Shown here piece by piece: positions 1-13,319 of a stretch of 64,000 nt of DNA; position 1 is the first letter of the stretch, and each line of letters begins with the position of its first letter. The translations under genes and the position numbers were made by a program. Source of the stretch: Felis catus (taxonomy: Eukaryota); NCBI RefSeq assembly GCF_018350175.1, contig NC_058373.1, forward strand, positions 101,992,001 through 102,056,000, given 5' to 3'. The notes beneath the pieces are model-generated. The model saw nothing but the letters and a program-made list of their open reading frames with translations, searched no databases and was not told the origin of the DNA.

Positions 1-1049
1 TGAGGCCTCTTCCCTGTGCCCACATGAGAAAAACTGAGATGCCTCAACAGGCCATCTGGGGGGGCAGGGTCCCTGTCCCTATTAGTCTCTTAGCCTGAAT
101 GATATAATCTCATGGACCAGGGGTCCCCAAGAGGGCAAGAAAGAGAATAAGGACTGCCGTAATCCTCCTGGGTGGGACGTGACCACCCAGAGCCCAAAGG
201 AAGCCAGTGGGCAGAGCTCTGTGTTCATTGTTGGGTTCCCTGGGGAAGCCAAGCTCAGAGCAGAGGGACGTCAAACACTAGCCATGCCACCCATCCCTAG
301 GAAGAAAGGGAACGATACAGAAGGACCAAAAACCAGGAACTTGTGGAAAGAGCCTCGGGGGCATTCCCAATTTGCTCTCCCAAGGGACAGCATAGGAGTT
401 TAGGAACTGAAATAAGGAAATATGGGACTTGTATGGAGAATGCAGAGAATGGGAAATCATAGGGGTTAGGGTCAGAGATGGGATGAAGGCAGAGGTAGGG
501 CTGTAAAACTTTATAAACCCTGGTTAAAAAAAAAAATGTAACTCTGCCTTAAGGACCATAGCTACCCTTGCTGGGGAGTGATATGATCAGACATGAGAGG
601 CTTTGTTTTGTGAAACAAAAGGGCCTAGGTGGAATGTCTCCCTCCTGTCCCATGCCTGGCCACTAGTTCCCTGCCCTGGAGACATTCAGTAGTAATTTCT
701 TATGTGCCCACCAAAAGATACTTTGTATGTTTACAAACACTGGAATATTTCCCCCCTTTCTACACACGAAAGAGCATACCCTGCACGCTGGTCAACATTG
801 TGTGGTATTTTTCTTTCTTCTCTCTTAAATCAGTTTCGGAAACCGTTCTACATCATTGCCTCATACACAGTGCTTCACTCTGCGGATTAACATGACTTCT
901 TAACCATCCCGTTACTGGTGGACACTCGGGTTGCCTTCACTCTTTCTGTTACAAACAATGCTACGGTGAAATAAATGGTGCATGGGTCATTTCACATGTG
1001 TGCAAGCGTTCCACAAGTGGGAAAGCGGGGTTGCTGAATTCAAGGATAT

Positions 1050-1444
1050 TATATCAGTCAGGATTCTCTAGAGGAACAGAGGAGTAGGAGATTATAGAAG
1101 AGAGAGAGATTTATTTTAAGGAATTGATCGTGAGGGCTGGCAAGTCTGGATTCTGTAGGGCAGACCAGTGGCCTGGAGACTCAGACAGAAAGGAACTGAA
1201 TCTTCAGTCTTGAGGCAGAATTTCTCCTTCTGCCAGAAACCTCAGTATTTGCTCCTGAGACCTTCAACTGATTGGATGAGGCCCACTTACATCATCAAGA
1301 CGAATCTCCTTCACTTAATGTTAGTTGATTGTAGATATTAACCACATCTACAAAATACCTTCACTGCAACACCCAAATTCATGTTGGATTAAAAAGCTGG
1401 GTACTATAGCCTTTCTGCTTTGACAGATGAAAGTATCCATCACA
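1050..1444 (-). mobile_element. MLT2-type (ERVL) solo LTR
   Basis: Starts tatatcagtcaggattctctagag, contains accttcaactgattggatgaggcccac and aaaataccttcactgcaacacc, ends ...ccatcaca. Confidence 0.75.
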
Positions 1445-1614
1445 GGTGTCATTGTCATCTTGCTACTTTTTCCAAAATAGCTTTTTGATGATGCTTTTCC
1501 CCCTACACTCTCAGCAATTCCTGTATCATCAAAATTTTTTTATTTTCAATCTAATAAGTGAAAACTAATATCAGTGTCCTTTTCATTTACATGTATCTTA
1601 TTCGAGTGAGGTTG

Positions 1615-1617
<3 letters not shown>

Positions 1618-1650
<33 letters not shown>

Positions 1651-1848
1651 ATGTTTATTTATCTTTGAGAGATAGAGACAGAGTGTGAGCAGGGAAGGGG
1701 CAGAGACAGAAGGAGACACAGAATCCAAAGCAGGCTCCAAGCTCTGAGCTGTCAGCACAGAGCCCAATGCGGGGCTCGAGCTCGTGAACCGTGAGATCAT
1801 GACCTGAGCCAAAGTCGGATGCTTAATCGACTGAGCCACCCAGGCACC
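1618..1848 (-). mobile_element. SINEC with (TA)n-expanded tail
   Basis: Reverse complement of the tRNA-derived head GG(T)GCCTGGGTGGCTCAGTCG, (CT)-rich body and AATAAA tail. Confidence 0.92.
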
Positions 1849-2529
1849 TTATTTTTATAAACTTAATAGTCATTTGCATTTCCCTTTCAACTCTCCGTAT
1901 ATTTGCCCACCTCACCATTGGGTTGTTGGTCTTTTTCTAATTAATTTGTAGAAGCTCTTCACATATTGTGGAAATTAACCTTTGTTCTGTGATATGAATT
2001 ACAAATATTTTTCCCAATTTATTTGTTTTTTGATTTTGCCTATGGTAACTGTTGCCATAGAGAATTTTTTTAATTTAAGTTGAATCTCTTGATCTTTTCC
2101 TTTTTGGCTTCTGATTTTAAGTCATATTCTAAAATGCCCTCTCCACTTGGAGATATACTATGTTTTCCTCTAGTATCTTTACCAATTAATTTTTTACATT
2201 TATATCTTTTAACCACTCCTTGTATGAAGTATGAGGTATGGATCCACTTTTATTTCTATGGAAAGATGACTACCCAGTTGTGCCTATGCTATTTATTGAA
2301 TAATCTATCTTTCCTCCACTGATTTGAAATGCCGCTTTTCAAATATATAAACTTCCTGTATATATTCAGGTCTATTTCTGGGCTTTCTATTTTTCTTTCC
2401 ATTGATATGTTTGTCTATTTATGCACCAGCATCCCCACTGGTTTAATTATGACACCTTTAAAATTTGCTTTAATATCTGGTAGGAAATTTACATTCTAGA
2501 AAGATCTCTCTGACTGTATTTTGGGAAGT

Positions 2530-3070
2530 GGATTAGAGCAGCATCAAAGTGGGGGAGCTGGGGAGACTCACCAGGGGCTACTGCATTAGTGCAGACAGCC
2601 CACAAGGTGGAGGGTGAAAGGCGGTGGCGGTAGGAATAGGGAGAACTAGACAGATCTATGAGATTCTTAGGGGGTAGAGGCATCATGGTTAATGATGGGC
2701 TGGATGTGGGGATTAAGCGAGAGACTGAACAGCCTGGAATGCCTCCCAAGTTTCTGACTTAGGCAGCTGGGGAGTTGGGGTCCCATTTACCAGGGAAGGC
2801 ATGGACTGGGACAAAGGCAGCAGACAGAATTTGTTAAATTACATCACCTGCCTCATCATTCAAGACAAGTCACCTGGGAGAAATAATAAATAGCTAGTAG
2901 TTATTCAGAGACTATTGTGCTAAGCTAATAAGGCTGACATTAGATTATCCCCACTTTGCAGGTGGGAAAACTGAGGCTCACAGATGTCAAACAAGTTGTT
3001 GCAGATCACAGAGCTGTTACAGGGAAGGATGGGGTAGGAGCTCAAATCCAGGTCTGTGTACCCCCAAACC
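2530..3070. mobile_element. L2 and MIR fragments
   Basis: L2-like gatgggctggatgtgggga...cccaagtttctgactt; MIR core attatccccactttgcaggtgggaaaactgaggctca. Confidence 0.55.
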
Positions 3071-3334
3071 CTCCTAGGAGGGACCATAGCTGGCCATCTT
3101 TGGTTCCAGGAGCCCCTTTTGAGCTATAAGCCCTCACACTAAGGAGACTGCAGTGAGTCTCCAGGCCTTTTCTTTCCAACGTCTATTGCAGCCTGAGACA
3201 TAAAAGGTTATATGTAGGCAATAGAATTCTGCAAAATGACCATCTCAAGACATTGGTGAAAATATGGTCCCTAGTGAAAGAAGAGGGGCCCCCATGACTG
3301 TGGTTTTCGGCCTGGCTGCATATTGATCACATGG

Positions 3335-3470
3335 AGAGCTTTGGCAGCTGCTGATGCTGGCCTCCCCTCAGACACTCTGACTGGGTTGGTCTGGGGCCTG
3401 ACCTGGGCATGGGGCTTTCAAATTCCCAGGTTATTCTAATGTATAGCAAATGTGAGAACCTCACATTAAG
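3335..3470. mobile_element. MER5A-like hAT-Charlie fragment
   Basis: ggtctggggcctgacctgggcat...tcccaggttattctaatgtatagcaaatgtgagaacc. Confidence 0.55.
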
Positions 3471-3583
3471 GGGACCTACATCTCCTCTTTTACTCAAGAG
3501 GCCTATGATTCGCTTCTTCAGCTTTAATAGATAAGGGTAAAAGATAGCTGTTTCCATTGACTCATTACAGAACTAAAAATAAG

Positions 3584-3791
3584 GGGCTCCTGGGTGGCTC
3601 AGTCTGTTAAGCATCTGACTCTTGATTTTGGCTCAGGTCATGATCTCACGGTTCATGAGTTCCAGCCCTACACTGGGCTCTGTGCTGACAGCATGGAGCC
3701 TGCCTGGAATTCTCTCTCCTTCCTTCCCCTCCTTGTCCTCTCTCTCTCTCTCTCTCTCTCTCTCAAAAATAAATAAATCAACATTAAAAAA
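3584..3791 (+). mobile_element. SINEC with perfect 15-bp TSD
   Basis: Full SINE; AGAACTAAAAATAAG at 3569-3583 and 3792-3806. Confidence 0.95.
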
Positions 3792-4074
3792 AGAACTAAA
3801 AATAAGCACCTGACCCATCACAGTCCTTGGGTATCCTACCTACTGGAAGTCTCTAAGCCAGGCAGAATCAGTGGTAGAGTACCAGCAGGCTCAGAGCCAC
3901 TTCCCAAATTCCCTCCCCACTGGCTTGCAAGGTGCTTGCAGTGCCTACCACAAAGACTCAGTTTCAGAAATTATGTGCACTTTAATTAGGTTAACAAATT
4001 TTGTTGCTTGGGATGCATACCACACTAGCTAAGTGATCTACAGTCGGAGTTCATCAATCTGGTTATCCATGAAT

Positions 4075-4400
4075 GTCAGTATTAGTTAGATTATGCTGCA
4101 TTAACAGACATCCCCAAAATTTCAGTGGCTTAAAACCACAAAGACTGACTTCTCGCTGGGCTGCACTACCATCACAGGTCAGCTGGGGCCTCTGCTCCAT
4201 GTAGCACATGCTAGAACCCAGGCTGGCACAACTGCCCCCCGACCCAAGCACTGATGTTTGCCCCGGCAGTGGAAAAGAAGGACGTGGCTTCCACCAGCTC
4301 ACTCCTTACCAGCCAAAGAAACTCACATGGCCACGTTTGACTTCAACGGATCTGGAAAGTGTAGTCCTACCCTGGGCCCAGATGGATCAGGTTCTGGGGT
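4075..4400. mobile_element. MLT1 (MaLR) LTR fragment
   Basis: atgctgcattaacagacatccccaaaatttcagtggcttaaaaccacaaag motif. Confidence 0.55.
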
Positions 4401-5344
4401 CCCTGTCTAGCCAGTCATCCATCCCCACTGTCGGGGAATGTGGGTCCGTTACATACACACACTCTGGTCATTTGATCTGGGTTCACTGCCTCTCTTCAGG
4501 CCCTCAAAGCCTGGAGGAGCTTGAAGTGGTGTCACCGGACTAGGCGGTGTCCTGAATGCGTGGGTGACCTCCTGTCCACCCATGCTGTGGAATTACAGGG
4601 GTCTCAGAACCAGGCCCAGCTTCACATTGTCAAACTCTCCTCCTCTGACAGCTCCCACTGGACTCTGAGCAGGCCAATTTCTTTTATCACACATCTCCAG
4701 CTGGTCTGCAACCTGTGGATCACTCCAGGTTCAAAGACTCCGAAGCAGAGGAATTTAATGCTATGAAAGGTGCTTTTATGAGCAGCGGTTCTCACCTTCA
4801 GGGCACGTCTGAGGCTGTTCGGACTCGGTCCCCCATTCAAAGGCTGGGTTCAGTGGAGAGCCAGCAGGAAGCCGGCAAACCTGGTAGTTTGAGGGACTGA
4901 CTCAAAAAATAAAATTAAATGAAAAGGAACCGCCAGTAGAGCCGCCAAAGTGCCTGCAGTGGCTTCCCACCCTCCTCCACTAGCTATGCCGGGAGTGAAG
5001 AAGCTTCAACCGAACCCCTCCCTTCAGCCAGAGGAGGAGGCCCGGGAGGGAAGAACGGCTCGGCCTCTCCTGCTGGAGGAGGTGCGGAAGGCCACGGCAG
5101 CTTCCCACGCTCTCAGATGTACCTTTAGAGAGACTGCCCATGGGACCCTGGCTCCTGGGCAGGAAAGGTTCTTCGGCTCCCAACATACACCCCAACCCCA
5201 ATTCAGACACGTATTCAAGGTGCCTTGCTTTTCAGATTTATTCTGAATGGGGTATTCCTTGACTAGGACTGTGGAGAAGAGCCTATGAAACTGCAAGCAT
5301 TGTATCCATTTTGGAATCTAGCTTCCTTCACCTTTAATGTGTTT

Positions 5345-5551
5345 TAAAAAAAAATTTTTTAATGTTTATTTGAGAGAGAGAGAGCTCAAGTGGAGGAGGA
5401 GCAGAGAGAGAAGGAGACACAGAATCTGAAGCAGGCTCTAGGCTCCAAGCTGTCAGCACAGAGCCCAATGCGGGGCTTGAACTCACAAACCATGAAATCG
5501 TGACCTGAGCCAGAGTTGGATGTTTAACCAAGTGAGCCACCCAGGCACCCC
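5345..5551 (-). mobile_element. SINEC
   Basis: Consensus head, body and tail on the minus strand. Confidence 0.93.
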
Positions 5552-5649
5552 AAGAGCTTTCTTAATCTTTAAAATGAGATTTCTCACCATCTGGGTGCCT
5601 CGAAGAAGCGCTGTGAACCTGAATAGACCAGCTTTGAATCACTAGAGTT

Positions 5650-5915
5650 TTGGAGCTTGATTTCCTGAGTTCAGTTCCTAGCTATGCCACTTACCAGCTG
5701 TGTGTCCTTAGGTAAATCATATCACATCTCTGTGCCTCCGTTTCCCTATCTGTGAAATGGGGGTAATACCCAATGGGGTATTAAATAGCTGAGGAGGTAT
5801 TGAATCCTCTGTATTCAGAACATTAAATGAGTTGATGTTTGCAAAGCACCTAGAGCAGTGTCAAACACGTAGGATATCTTCTTGAGTGTTAGTGGCTGAT
5901 ATTATTGTCATCATT
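5650..5915 (+). mobile_element. MIR
   Basis: ctatgccacttaccagctgtgtgtccttaggtaaatca...tctgtgcctccgtttccctatctgtgaaatggg. Confidence 0.75.
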
Positions 5916-6601
5916 ACTACAAACCCTAAGTGCCATCCAGTCCACACCACTTTAGTCAACGGCTGGAGTCATAAGCTACAAAGTCAGAACTTGGGGCCAT
6001 TCCCAGCATGCTCCCTGGCCTAGAAGCACCTACAAAAGCTAGGCATCCTGGGGACAGACCATTTCTTCATCCCCCTTGGAATCCACAGCTGTTGCTTAGT
6101 CTTGGAGATTTGGTCTAAGAGTCAGGAGCTGTGAGCTCCCATGATGTGTCACCGAGAGACTACTGAAATAAAATGTCCTCTAGCCCCTCTGGATCTACTG
6201 TGAGTGGAGAGGTGGAGCCAGAGGGCCCAGACACAGTCTATTAGGTGCCCCAGCCAGCACCAGCAGAAGCTGGGGCACATTATCCTCCAGAGAAGAGCAT
6301 TTGGAGCATGATTTACCTGGGACATGGAATTCTCTTGATGATCCCTTCCTCCTCCTGTCTGGGGGAAAGGTTATTCATAAAGGTACAGGGAGGCAAGAAA
6401 TGATGGATGAACAGGTCCAGTGAGAAGCAGTGATCCAGGGTAGATGGAGGGATCTAAGAATATAAAGCATTCTCCAAATGTAAGGTATGGGTCCTATAGC
6501 CTGACTGCTTGGAAGCCTGGAGCAGCTCAGTCCATTTTGGGGCAGAGCACCCCTCAGTCAGAGGCTAACTGACCCAGAACTCACAACCCAGGGCCCTGCA
6601 C

Positions 6602-6770
6602 TCACACATATATATGTATACCATGCATGCTCATGCATGCAAACACACACCACACAGCCTCGTGCACACACACGAACACCCACACACACTCATGTACATG
6701 TGTGCACACATGTATACCATGCAAGCCCATGCATACACACAGGCACACACACACACACACACACACACCC
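6602..6770. repeat. Degenerate (CA)n/(CATG) simple repeat
   Basis: CA-rich low-complexity tract ending in pure (CA)n. Confidence 0.85.
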
Positions 6771-6970
6771 ATCCCCAGGGTTATGCCGGTTCCTACAGCA
6801 CCTTTGGTGATTAGGAATCCCCCAGGCCTAACAAGAACCAATAAGCAATGTATTCATGGTCACTGTACGGAGGAAAAGGTCACCTTAAACATTTTCCCTG
6901 GCAAATCTCCTCTCACATTCTGGCAGCCCAAGAAGAAATTCCAGAGATAAGAGAAGCAACCCAGTAGCCG

Positions 6971-6984
6971 ACGCCCTCTAGCGG
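6971..6984 (-). promoter_or_regulatory. Candidate CTCF site
   Basis: Minus strand CCGCTAGAGGGCGT fits the CTCF core CCASYAGRKGGCRS, with CpGs retained locally. Confidence 0.5.
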
Positions 6985-7420
6985 ATAGAGCATTCTCAAC
7001 TACTCATACATTAGCTCAGAGAAGGCAGCTAGGGACAACAGCACCACCCAAACAGCCCAGGTTTGCGTGGCCCAGGCATGGAGGGGATGAAGAGGCCATC
7101 CTTGCCTTTGAGGTGTCCACGGTTTTCCAAACCACCGTCTCTCCCAGCCCAGGATTGTTCTCCCTACCCTGGTATCCAGATGGTAACAACTTAAAATATA
7201 ATCATAAACAAACACGGAAGCTCCACTGGCTGAATCCCCTTCACCAGCACATCCTGCACAAGGCACTTCCTCTCCATTACCATCATTATTGCAATGCTGT
7301 AATAGAAATCTTACCCGATTCTACAGATGAGGCTTAGGGAACTAAGTGACTTGCCCAAAGTCACACAGCCTATAAATGTCAGAAATTTTATTCAAATGTA
7401 CTTTATTTTAAATACATACA

Positions 7421-7640
7421 GGGGCGCCTGGGTGGCTTAGTCAGTTAAGCGTCCGACTTCAGCTCAGGTCACAATCTCACGGTCTGTGAGTTCGAGCCCC
7501 GCGTCGGGCTCTGGGCTGATGGCTCAGAGCCTGGAGCTTGCTTCCGATTCTGTGTCTCCCTCTCTCTCTGCCCCTCCCCTGTTCATGCTCTGTCTCTCTC
7601 TGTCTCAAAAATAAATAAATGTTAAATAAATAAATAAATA
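7421..7640 (+). mobile_element. SINEC_Fc-type SINE
   Basis: ggggcgcctgggtggc head, ctctgggctgatggctcagagcc body, (AATA)n tail. Confidence 0.95.
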
Positions 7641-9581
7641 CACAAATAGTACAGAACTCAGATTTTACAAAGGCATTTATAGTAAAAAATACATTTCCTT
7701 CCCACTGCTGCGCCCCCTCCCAGGTCACTGCTCCAGGGATAAACTGGGTTTTCAGTTTCTGGCTATTTGTCCATACATGTTCTATGCATATAAAAGGAAT
7801 CTTCTTTACAAAACACAAAAGGTAGCATACTATATGTTTTTCTGGACTTTGCCTTTTTTTCCACTCAATAATATCTCTGAAAATCATTCTGTAGCAGTAA
7901 ATGTATAGAGCTGCCTCATTCTTTTTTAAAAGTCTATGGTATGGAAGAACCACAGGTTATTTAACTTGTCCACTACCAATGAGCATTTAGATGTTAACAA
8001 GCTCTTGCTATTACTAACACACTGCAGTGAGCCTCCTTGACATGTGTCCTTTTGCTCAAGCAGAATTTCTGGGTCAAAGGATACATGCATTTGTGATCTT
8101 GAGTGACATCATCAAACTTTCCTCTGCTATGGTTATACCAACTGACACCCCGCCCCCCACTCCACTGGCACAAAATGGAATCTGGGACCTACTAGTTCCA
8201 AAGCCAAGGCCATCTCCCCCATGGCCTGCCTCCTCTTTGACAACCCCCAAAGTCATGCCTAGGATTCACCAGGTGGATACTAGATACCTTTGCTTGAGCT
8301 GTGCCAGTAGGCTGTTGTGAACCTCCTCAGAAACACCAGGTTTCGTGGGGGGTGGGGGGGTCTGTTTGCCTCTAGGAATAGACTGTCCAGCCAGTCAATA
8401 AACAGTCACTTCTGGACAGACTAGGCCCTTTGGGAGATACACCTTGGCCTCTCCAGGCATCTAAAAGCAGGCAGAGAAGCGACTTCTGTCCACAGCTACT
8501 CCTTTGACCACTCTCCAGACACAACCGGGCCTCTGCTGAGAGGAAGAAACTGTTATCAGGGGACTTTGAGCCTTTGGCCTCACTGCACTGGGTTCCACAT
8601 GGGTGAACTCATCTTCCTGGTTGCTTACGACTGAACACTACTTGCCTCTGAGGAGAGACAGCAAGAGAAGACCCTGGCATCTCGCTGTCTCCTCATGCAG
8701 CCTCCTCCACTGGCAAAGCTCCCTTTCCTTGTTCCCTGCCCCTCCCTGGAATCGAGGGACACCTGGTTAGCCAAAGCCAAACCAGTCTTATGTCTGAGGT
8801 CTTCATGTATGGGCAATTGTGCTCTTACCAGGAAGAGACAAGACAGTCGGCCAGGGAGATTCACACCATGCAGTGTAGAGGGCTCCTGAAGGGGACCAAG
8901 TAAGGCAGGTGTCCCAACAGGGCCTGCTCCGCCCACCAGCTTTGGGGACTCTGGGCGTCAGGGAAGTGCAGTTGGCTCCTGCTGAGCTCCTGACAGAAAC
9001 CGTGACTAGAGATCCAGGAGTGAAGGTGGGCCTGCAAAGCTGTGGGTGGGCTCCGGGGGTGGAGGGGCAGTGAGCACAACCAGGTAGGAGAGCACATGAC
9101 CAGCATCATCACACCCTCCCTGGACTCCAGCAGGTACGTATACCAGGCACGGTATCTACTGTCAGGCAAACACGCCTGTGAGCTCACTGGGGCAAAGGCC
9201 ATCATCTATAATGCACATAAGAAAACTACACAACACATAAACTGGAGAGCCATATAGGAATCAAGCCCAGGTTTCCTAACCAGACGTTTGAAGACTAGGG
9301 TCATTTCAGAGAACCCGCAGAGTGACGCCATACTAGTAGCCCCAGAGACTGATTATCCCTAGGAAACTCAACGGCTGTCCTTCTGCTTTTAGTTTAAAAT
9401 ACAGAATTTGTCTGAAAAATAAATAGAAGGCTTCTACTACAAGACTTCCAGATTCCTAGGCCCGAGAGTCAGGGACACTTTTGCAGTGCAAGTAATCAGC
9501 GTGACTTCGTGCTATTTTTCTCTTGTAAGTGTAGATTTCCAGAAGTAGCGCTCCTGCCAGCTTTAAAAAGGCACATCCCGG

Positions 9582-10038
9582 GGGGCACCTGGGTGGTTCA
9601 GTCGGTTAAGCTGCTAACTCTTGGATTCAGATCAGGTTGTGACCTCACAGTTCATGAGTTTGAGCCCCACATGGGGATCCACATTGACAGTGCAGAGTCT
9701 GCTTGGAATTCTCTCATTCCCTCTCTCTCTGCCCTTCCTGCATTCTCTCTCTCTCTCTCAGAATAAATAAACTTAAAAAAAAATGCACATCTGGGGCGCC
9801 TGGGTGGCTCAGTCGGTTAAGCGGCTGACTTCGGCTCAGGTCATGATCTCGTGGTCCATGAGTTTGAGCCCGCATCGGGCTCTGTGCTGACAGCTCAGAG
9901 CCTGGAGCCTGTTTCGGATTCTGTGTCTCCCTCTCTCTGACCCTCCCCCGTTCATGCTCTGTCTCTCTCTGTCTCAAAAATAAATAAACGTTAAAAAAAT
10001 AAATAAAAGTTAAAGATAACTAATATTAAAAAAAAAAA
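9582..10038 (+). mobile_element. Two head-to-tail SINECs (9582-9783, 9793-10038)
   Basis: Two full SINEs; AAA(G/T)GCAC(A/G)TC occurs before, between and after them. Confidence 0.93.
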
Positions 10039-11389
10039 TGCACGTCCTCCTCCAGCACGTGTCAGGGTGGCTCCTGCTAGCTGAGGAGGTGACTTTCCAA
10101 TTGGACAAGAGCACTTAGGACTGTGGTCCTTTCACTTGACTTTGCATAAGTAACACCCAGAAATTACTGCTCATTTGTTGGGTGAGATTTGATACTGTGG
10201 ATATGTCTTTAAAAAAAAAAAAAGCCCTGATCTCTTAGCCATACATACTGATCTGTCTATGGATGAAATAATGTGATGTCTGGGATTTGACTCAAAATTA
10301 ATACAAGAAGAAAAGAAGGGAACGGTTAGAGATGACACAAGGTTGTCCATATTGGTACCTGTTGGAGCTGGACTGTAAATACTCAGGGGGTTGTGATATT
10401 ATTCTAACTACTTTTGTACATGTTTCAACGTTTCCACAATAAAAGGTGAAAGGTGGAGGAAGAAGACACATGTGGAGGGCTTGGTGAAAACACAGCTCCT
10501 CAGGTCCCTACCCAAGGGGTGCTGAGTGAAGGTTAAGAGCCCAGGTATCTGCTTTCGTCAAGCTCCCCATGCACACTGAGGCCTCAGCATTGGAGCCCTG
10601 AGCCAGGTGGGGCTGGGTGGTGAGGGCAGAGAGGGGAGATCTTGGCGGGAAGAGAGGGTGTCCCTCGAGCACCCTTGCAAAGGCACCTCTGTTGTCAGCC
10701 ACCATTTAGGCTACACTCACCTGTCAGTGCCAGGAATATGAATCGCCTCAGGCTCAGCCTTTTCATTCCCGCCCTGCATCACTGTCAAGATCACAATAAG
10801 AAGAGTGGCAGAATCTACTCGAGGAGCCAGTTCAATCTTTATTAAAATCTTTTTTGTGCACAATGTTCCCAATTTGTTCCTTTGTCCCTGGTATCTGGAG
10901 TCCCACAGCTTCTGATATTTGTCCTACAGACGGAGTAAGTTTGACTGACACACCGCGGTGGTGGAAAAGTAGCATTCATATCCTGAAAATCTTTTCCATC
11001 CCGTAAGAAACATCATCCCCATAGCAAGCCTGCTGCATTTGGTCCTCCTCTTAGGGGCTCGCCCTCTGCCACCAGCTTGGATGACCCCCACGGAAGGCTT
11101 TTAGCATGGCTAGCAGAGATGTTGGCAGCCCAAGCCAGGACAATATCATGGCTTCTCTGACAGGCCCAGAATTCAACTGAAAGTTAAATCCAACTGAACT
11201 TAACTCATGCTTGTGAGCTAGAAGGGGTCTTCACTCTGTGTTGCCTTCAGCCCCAGGGTGGGCAGAGGTGCCTCACAGCTTCAGGGTCCATGCACCTCCC
11301 CCAACCCTTCAGCCAAAACATCTATCTCCCTCTGCTTTATTTACTGGGTGTCTAGGTATGGCCTTCGTTATTTTTAAAGTTCTGCTTCT

Positions 11390-11392
<3 letters not shown>

Positions 11393-11442
<50 letters not shown>

Positions 11443-11489
11443 TATATGTACATATATATACGTATATATATATACATGTATATATGTAT

Positions 11490-11530
<41 letters not shown>
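11393..11530. repeat. (TA)n-rich microsatellite, ~140 bp
   Basis: Alternating TA with a few CA/TG interruptions. Confidence 0.95.
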
Positions 11531-11531
<1 letters not shown>

Positions 11532-11533
<2 letters not shown>

Positions 11534-11722
11534 AGTGCCTGGGTGGCTCAGTTGGTTGAGCATCTGACTTCAGCTCAGGTCATGAGTTTGAGCCTGCTTC
11601 AGATTCTGTGTCTCCCTCTCTCTCTGCCCCTCCCCTGCTCATGCTGTCTCTCCCCCTCTCTCTTTCTCTGCAATAAACAAATGTTAAAGTTAAAATAGAT
11701 ATATAGATAGATAGATAGATAG
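11532..11722 (+). mobile_element. Internally deleted SINEC with (ATAG)n tail
   Basis: SINE head, shortened body, GATA repeats. Confidence 0.88.
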
Positions 11723-11875
11723 ATTTTTTTCTTGAAGTTTGGAAAGCACTGACTTTGCTGTAAGGGGAAGAATGGAAAATGAGGCTGGAGAGATGATACA
11801 GTTAGAACTGGAGGGGATATAAAGTGGTACAACCATGTTGGACAAGAGTTGGCAGGTTTTTTTAAACATTAAACA

Positions 11876-12020
11876 GGGGTGCCTGGGTGGCTCAGTCAGT
11901 TGAGTTTTGATTTTGGCTCAGGTTATAATCCCAGGGTCATAGGATTGAGCCCCATGTAGGATTGAGATTCTCTCTCTCCCTCCCTCTGCCCTTCTTCCCA
12001 GCTTGTGCACTCTCTCTCTC

Positions 12021-12053
<33 letters not shown>
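11876..12053 (+). mobile_element. SINEC with long poly(A)
   Basis: ggggtgcctgggtggctcagtcagtt head and a long A tract. Confidence 0.9.
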
Positions 12054-12057
<4 letters not shown>

Positions 12058-12489
12058 AAACCAACACCATGTAATCCTGCCAGTCTACTCCTAGGAATTT
12101 GCCCAGTGGAAGGAGTCAATGGTGAGGAGGGTTTGAGTCTGGACACCTCAAAAGTCTTCAAAAGTCCTAATCATCCAGTAGGAGCCATGACCCATTCCCT
12201 GGGACTATAGACACTCGCAGAGGCAGGATGACTTGGACCCAACCCTTGTGCAACCAGGACGCTTTTGCATGGAAATCTTCCCATGGATAATGCCCATCTT
12301 CACATAGACAACCACGGAGTTCTGAGGGTCAGGCCCAGCCCAGGTGAGGGAATTCCTATGAATGTGAACATCTTTTAAGGTGATGGAGAAGATCGTCACA
12401 GGACAAGCCCTGCTGTGAAAGTAACCTGTTCCCTGCGTTGTAAATTGAAAACTGTAAAGGTAGCTTGTAATTATAAGCATTTATAATAA

Positions 12490-12725
12490 AAATAATAATA
12501 GGCATGATAACAGGCTTCTATTGAGCCGTCACCTGGATCCAAGAACTTAATTTGCTATTAACTCTACAGATATCATCTGATTCAGTAATTCCAACAATGC
12601 TATAGTCTTCCCATTTTACAAATGAAGAAACTGCAGTTCAGAGAGGTTAAGTAACTGGCCCAAGTTGACACAGCTGATAAGTGGCAAGGCCAAGAGTTAG
12701 AGGACAGCATTCACTCTTTTAATTC
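12490..12725 (-). mobile_element. MIR
   Basis: cccattttacaaatgaagaaactgcagttcagagaggttaagtaactggcccaag. Confidence 0.75.
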
Positions 12726-13319
12726 TTGGGGACCCATGTGAGAAGTGACTTCTCTGCTGCCTTCAATATAATTGAAGAGATTAATGAAATTCTCAAGGTC
12801 AAGTTTTACACTTTGACCCACTGTTGTATAAACTCACAGGCCTGGTTATTTCTCCATCAGCCCCTTCCAGAAGTAGATAGAACAACAGTCCTCACACTCT
12901 TCACCATGTCCTCAGCAAAGCCATGGAGGTGTAAAGCGGGGATTCATTGGATCCTTGCCAGGAGACAGCGACATCATGTAACCACCTAGGCTGCCTCCAT
13001 CTGTGATGTCCAATAGGGATGGTCATTACTACTACCGTCATCATAATAGTTAACATGCATGGCTTGTTCACTCTGTGCTCTAAGTGCTCTTTCTTTTTTA
13101 AAGGTATTAACTCAGTTAATCACACAATTCCTTGAGATGGATACTATTATTACCTCATTTTACAAGTGAGAACTAAGGTCAGGAGAGTCTAATCATGCAG
13201 CAAAGATAATAGCTCTCAAGTAAAAGGGTCTCCCATCCCAGTTACACACAGACCCTGGGACAGAAAACAAGGCCTTGACATCTCCAAGTGGAGTGGGAGC
13301 TAAGCGTCCAATGGCACCT

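Larger units (their letters stand above)
630..2490 (-). mobile_element. Old L1 (L1ME-like) fragment interrupted by an LTR and a SINE
   Basis: T-rich antisense L1 ORF2/3' motifs (e.g. gctatttattgaataatctatctttcctccactgatttgaaatgcc, caggtctatttctgggctttctatt). Confidence 0.65.

Noticed and set aside
3584..3660. tRNA-like A and B boxes in SINE heads
   Set aside because: Derived from the tRNA ancestor of Can-SINEs; not functional tRNA genes.
4930..5100. Mildly CpG-enriched patch with a CTCF-like GCCAGTAGAGCCGCC
   Set aside because: Too short for a CpG island and the motif mismatches the GGC core.
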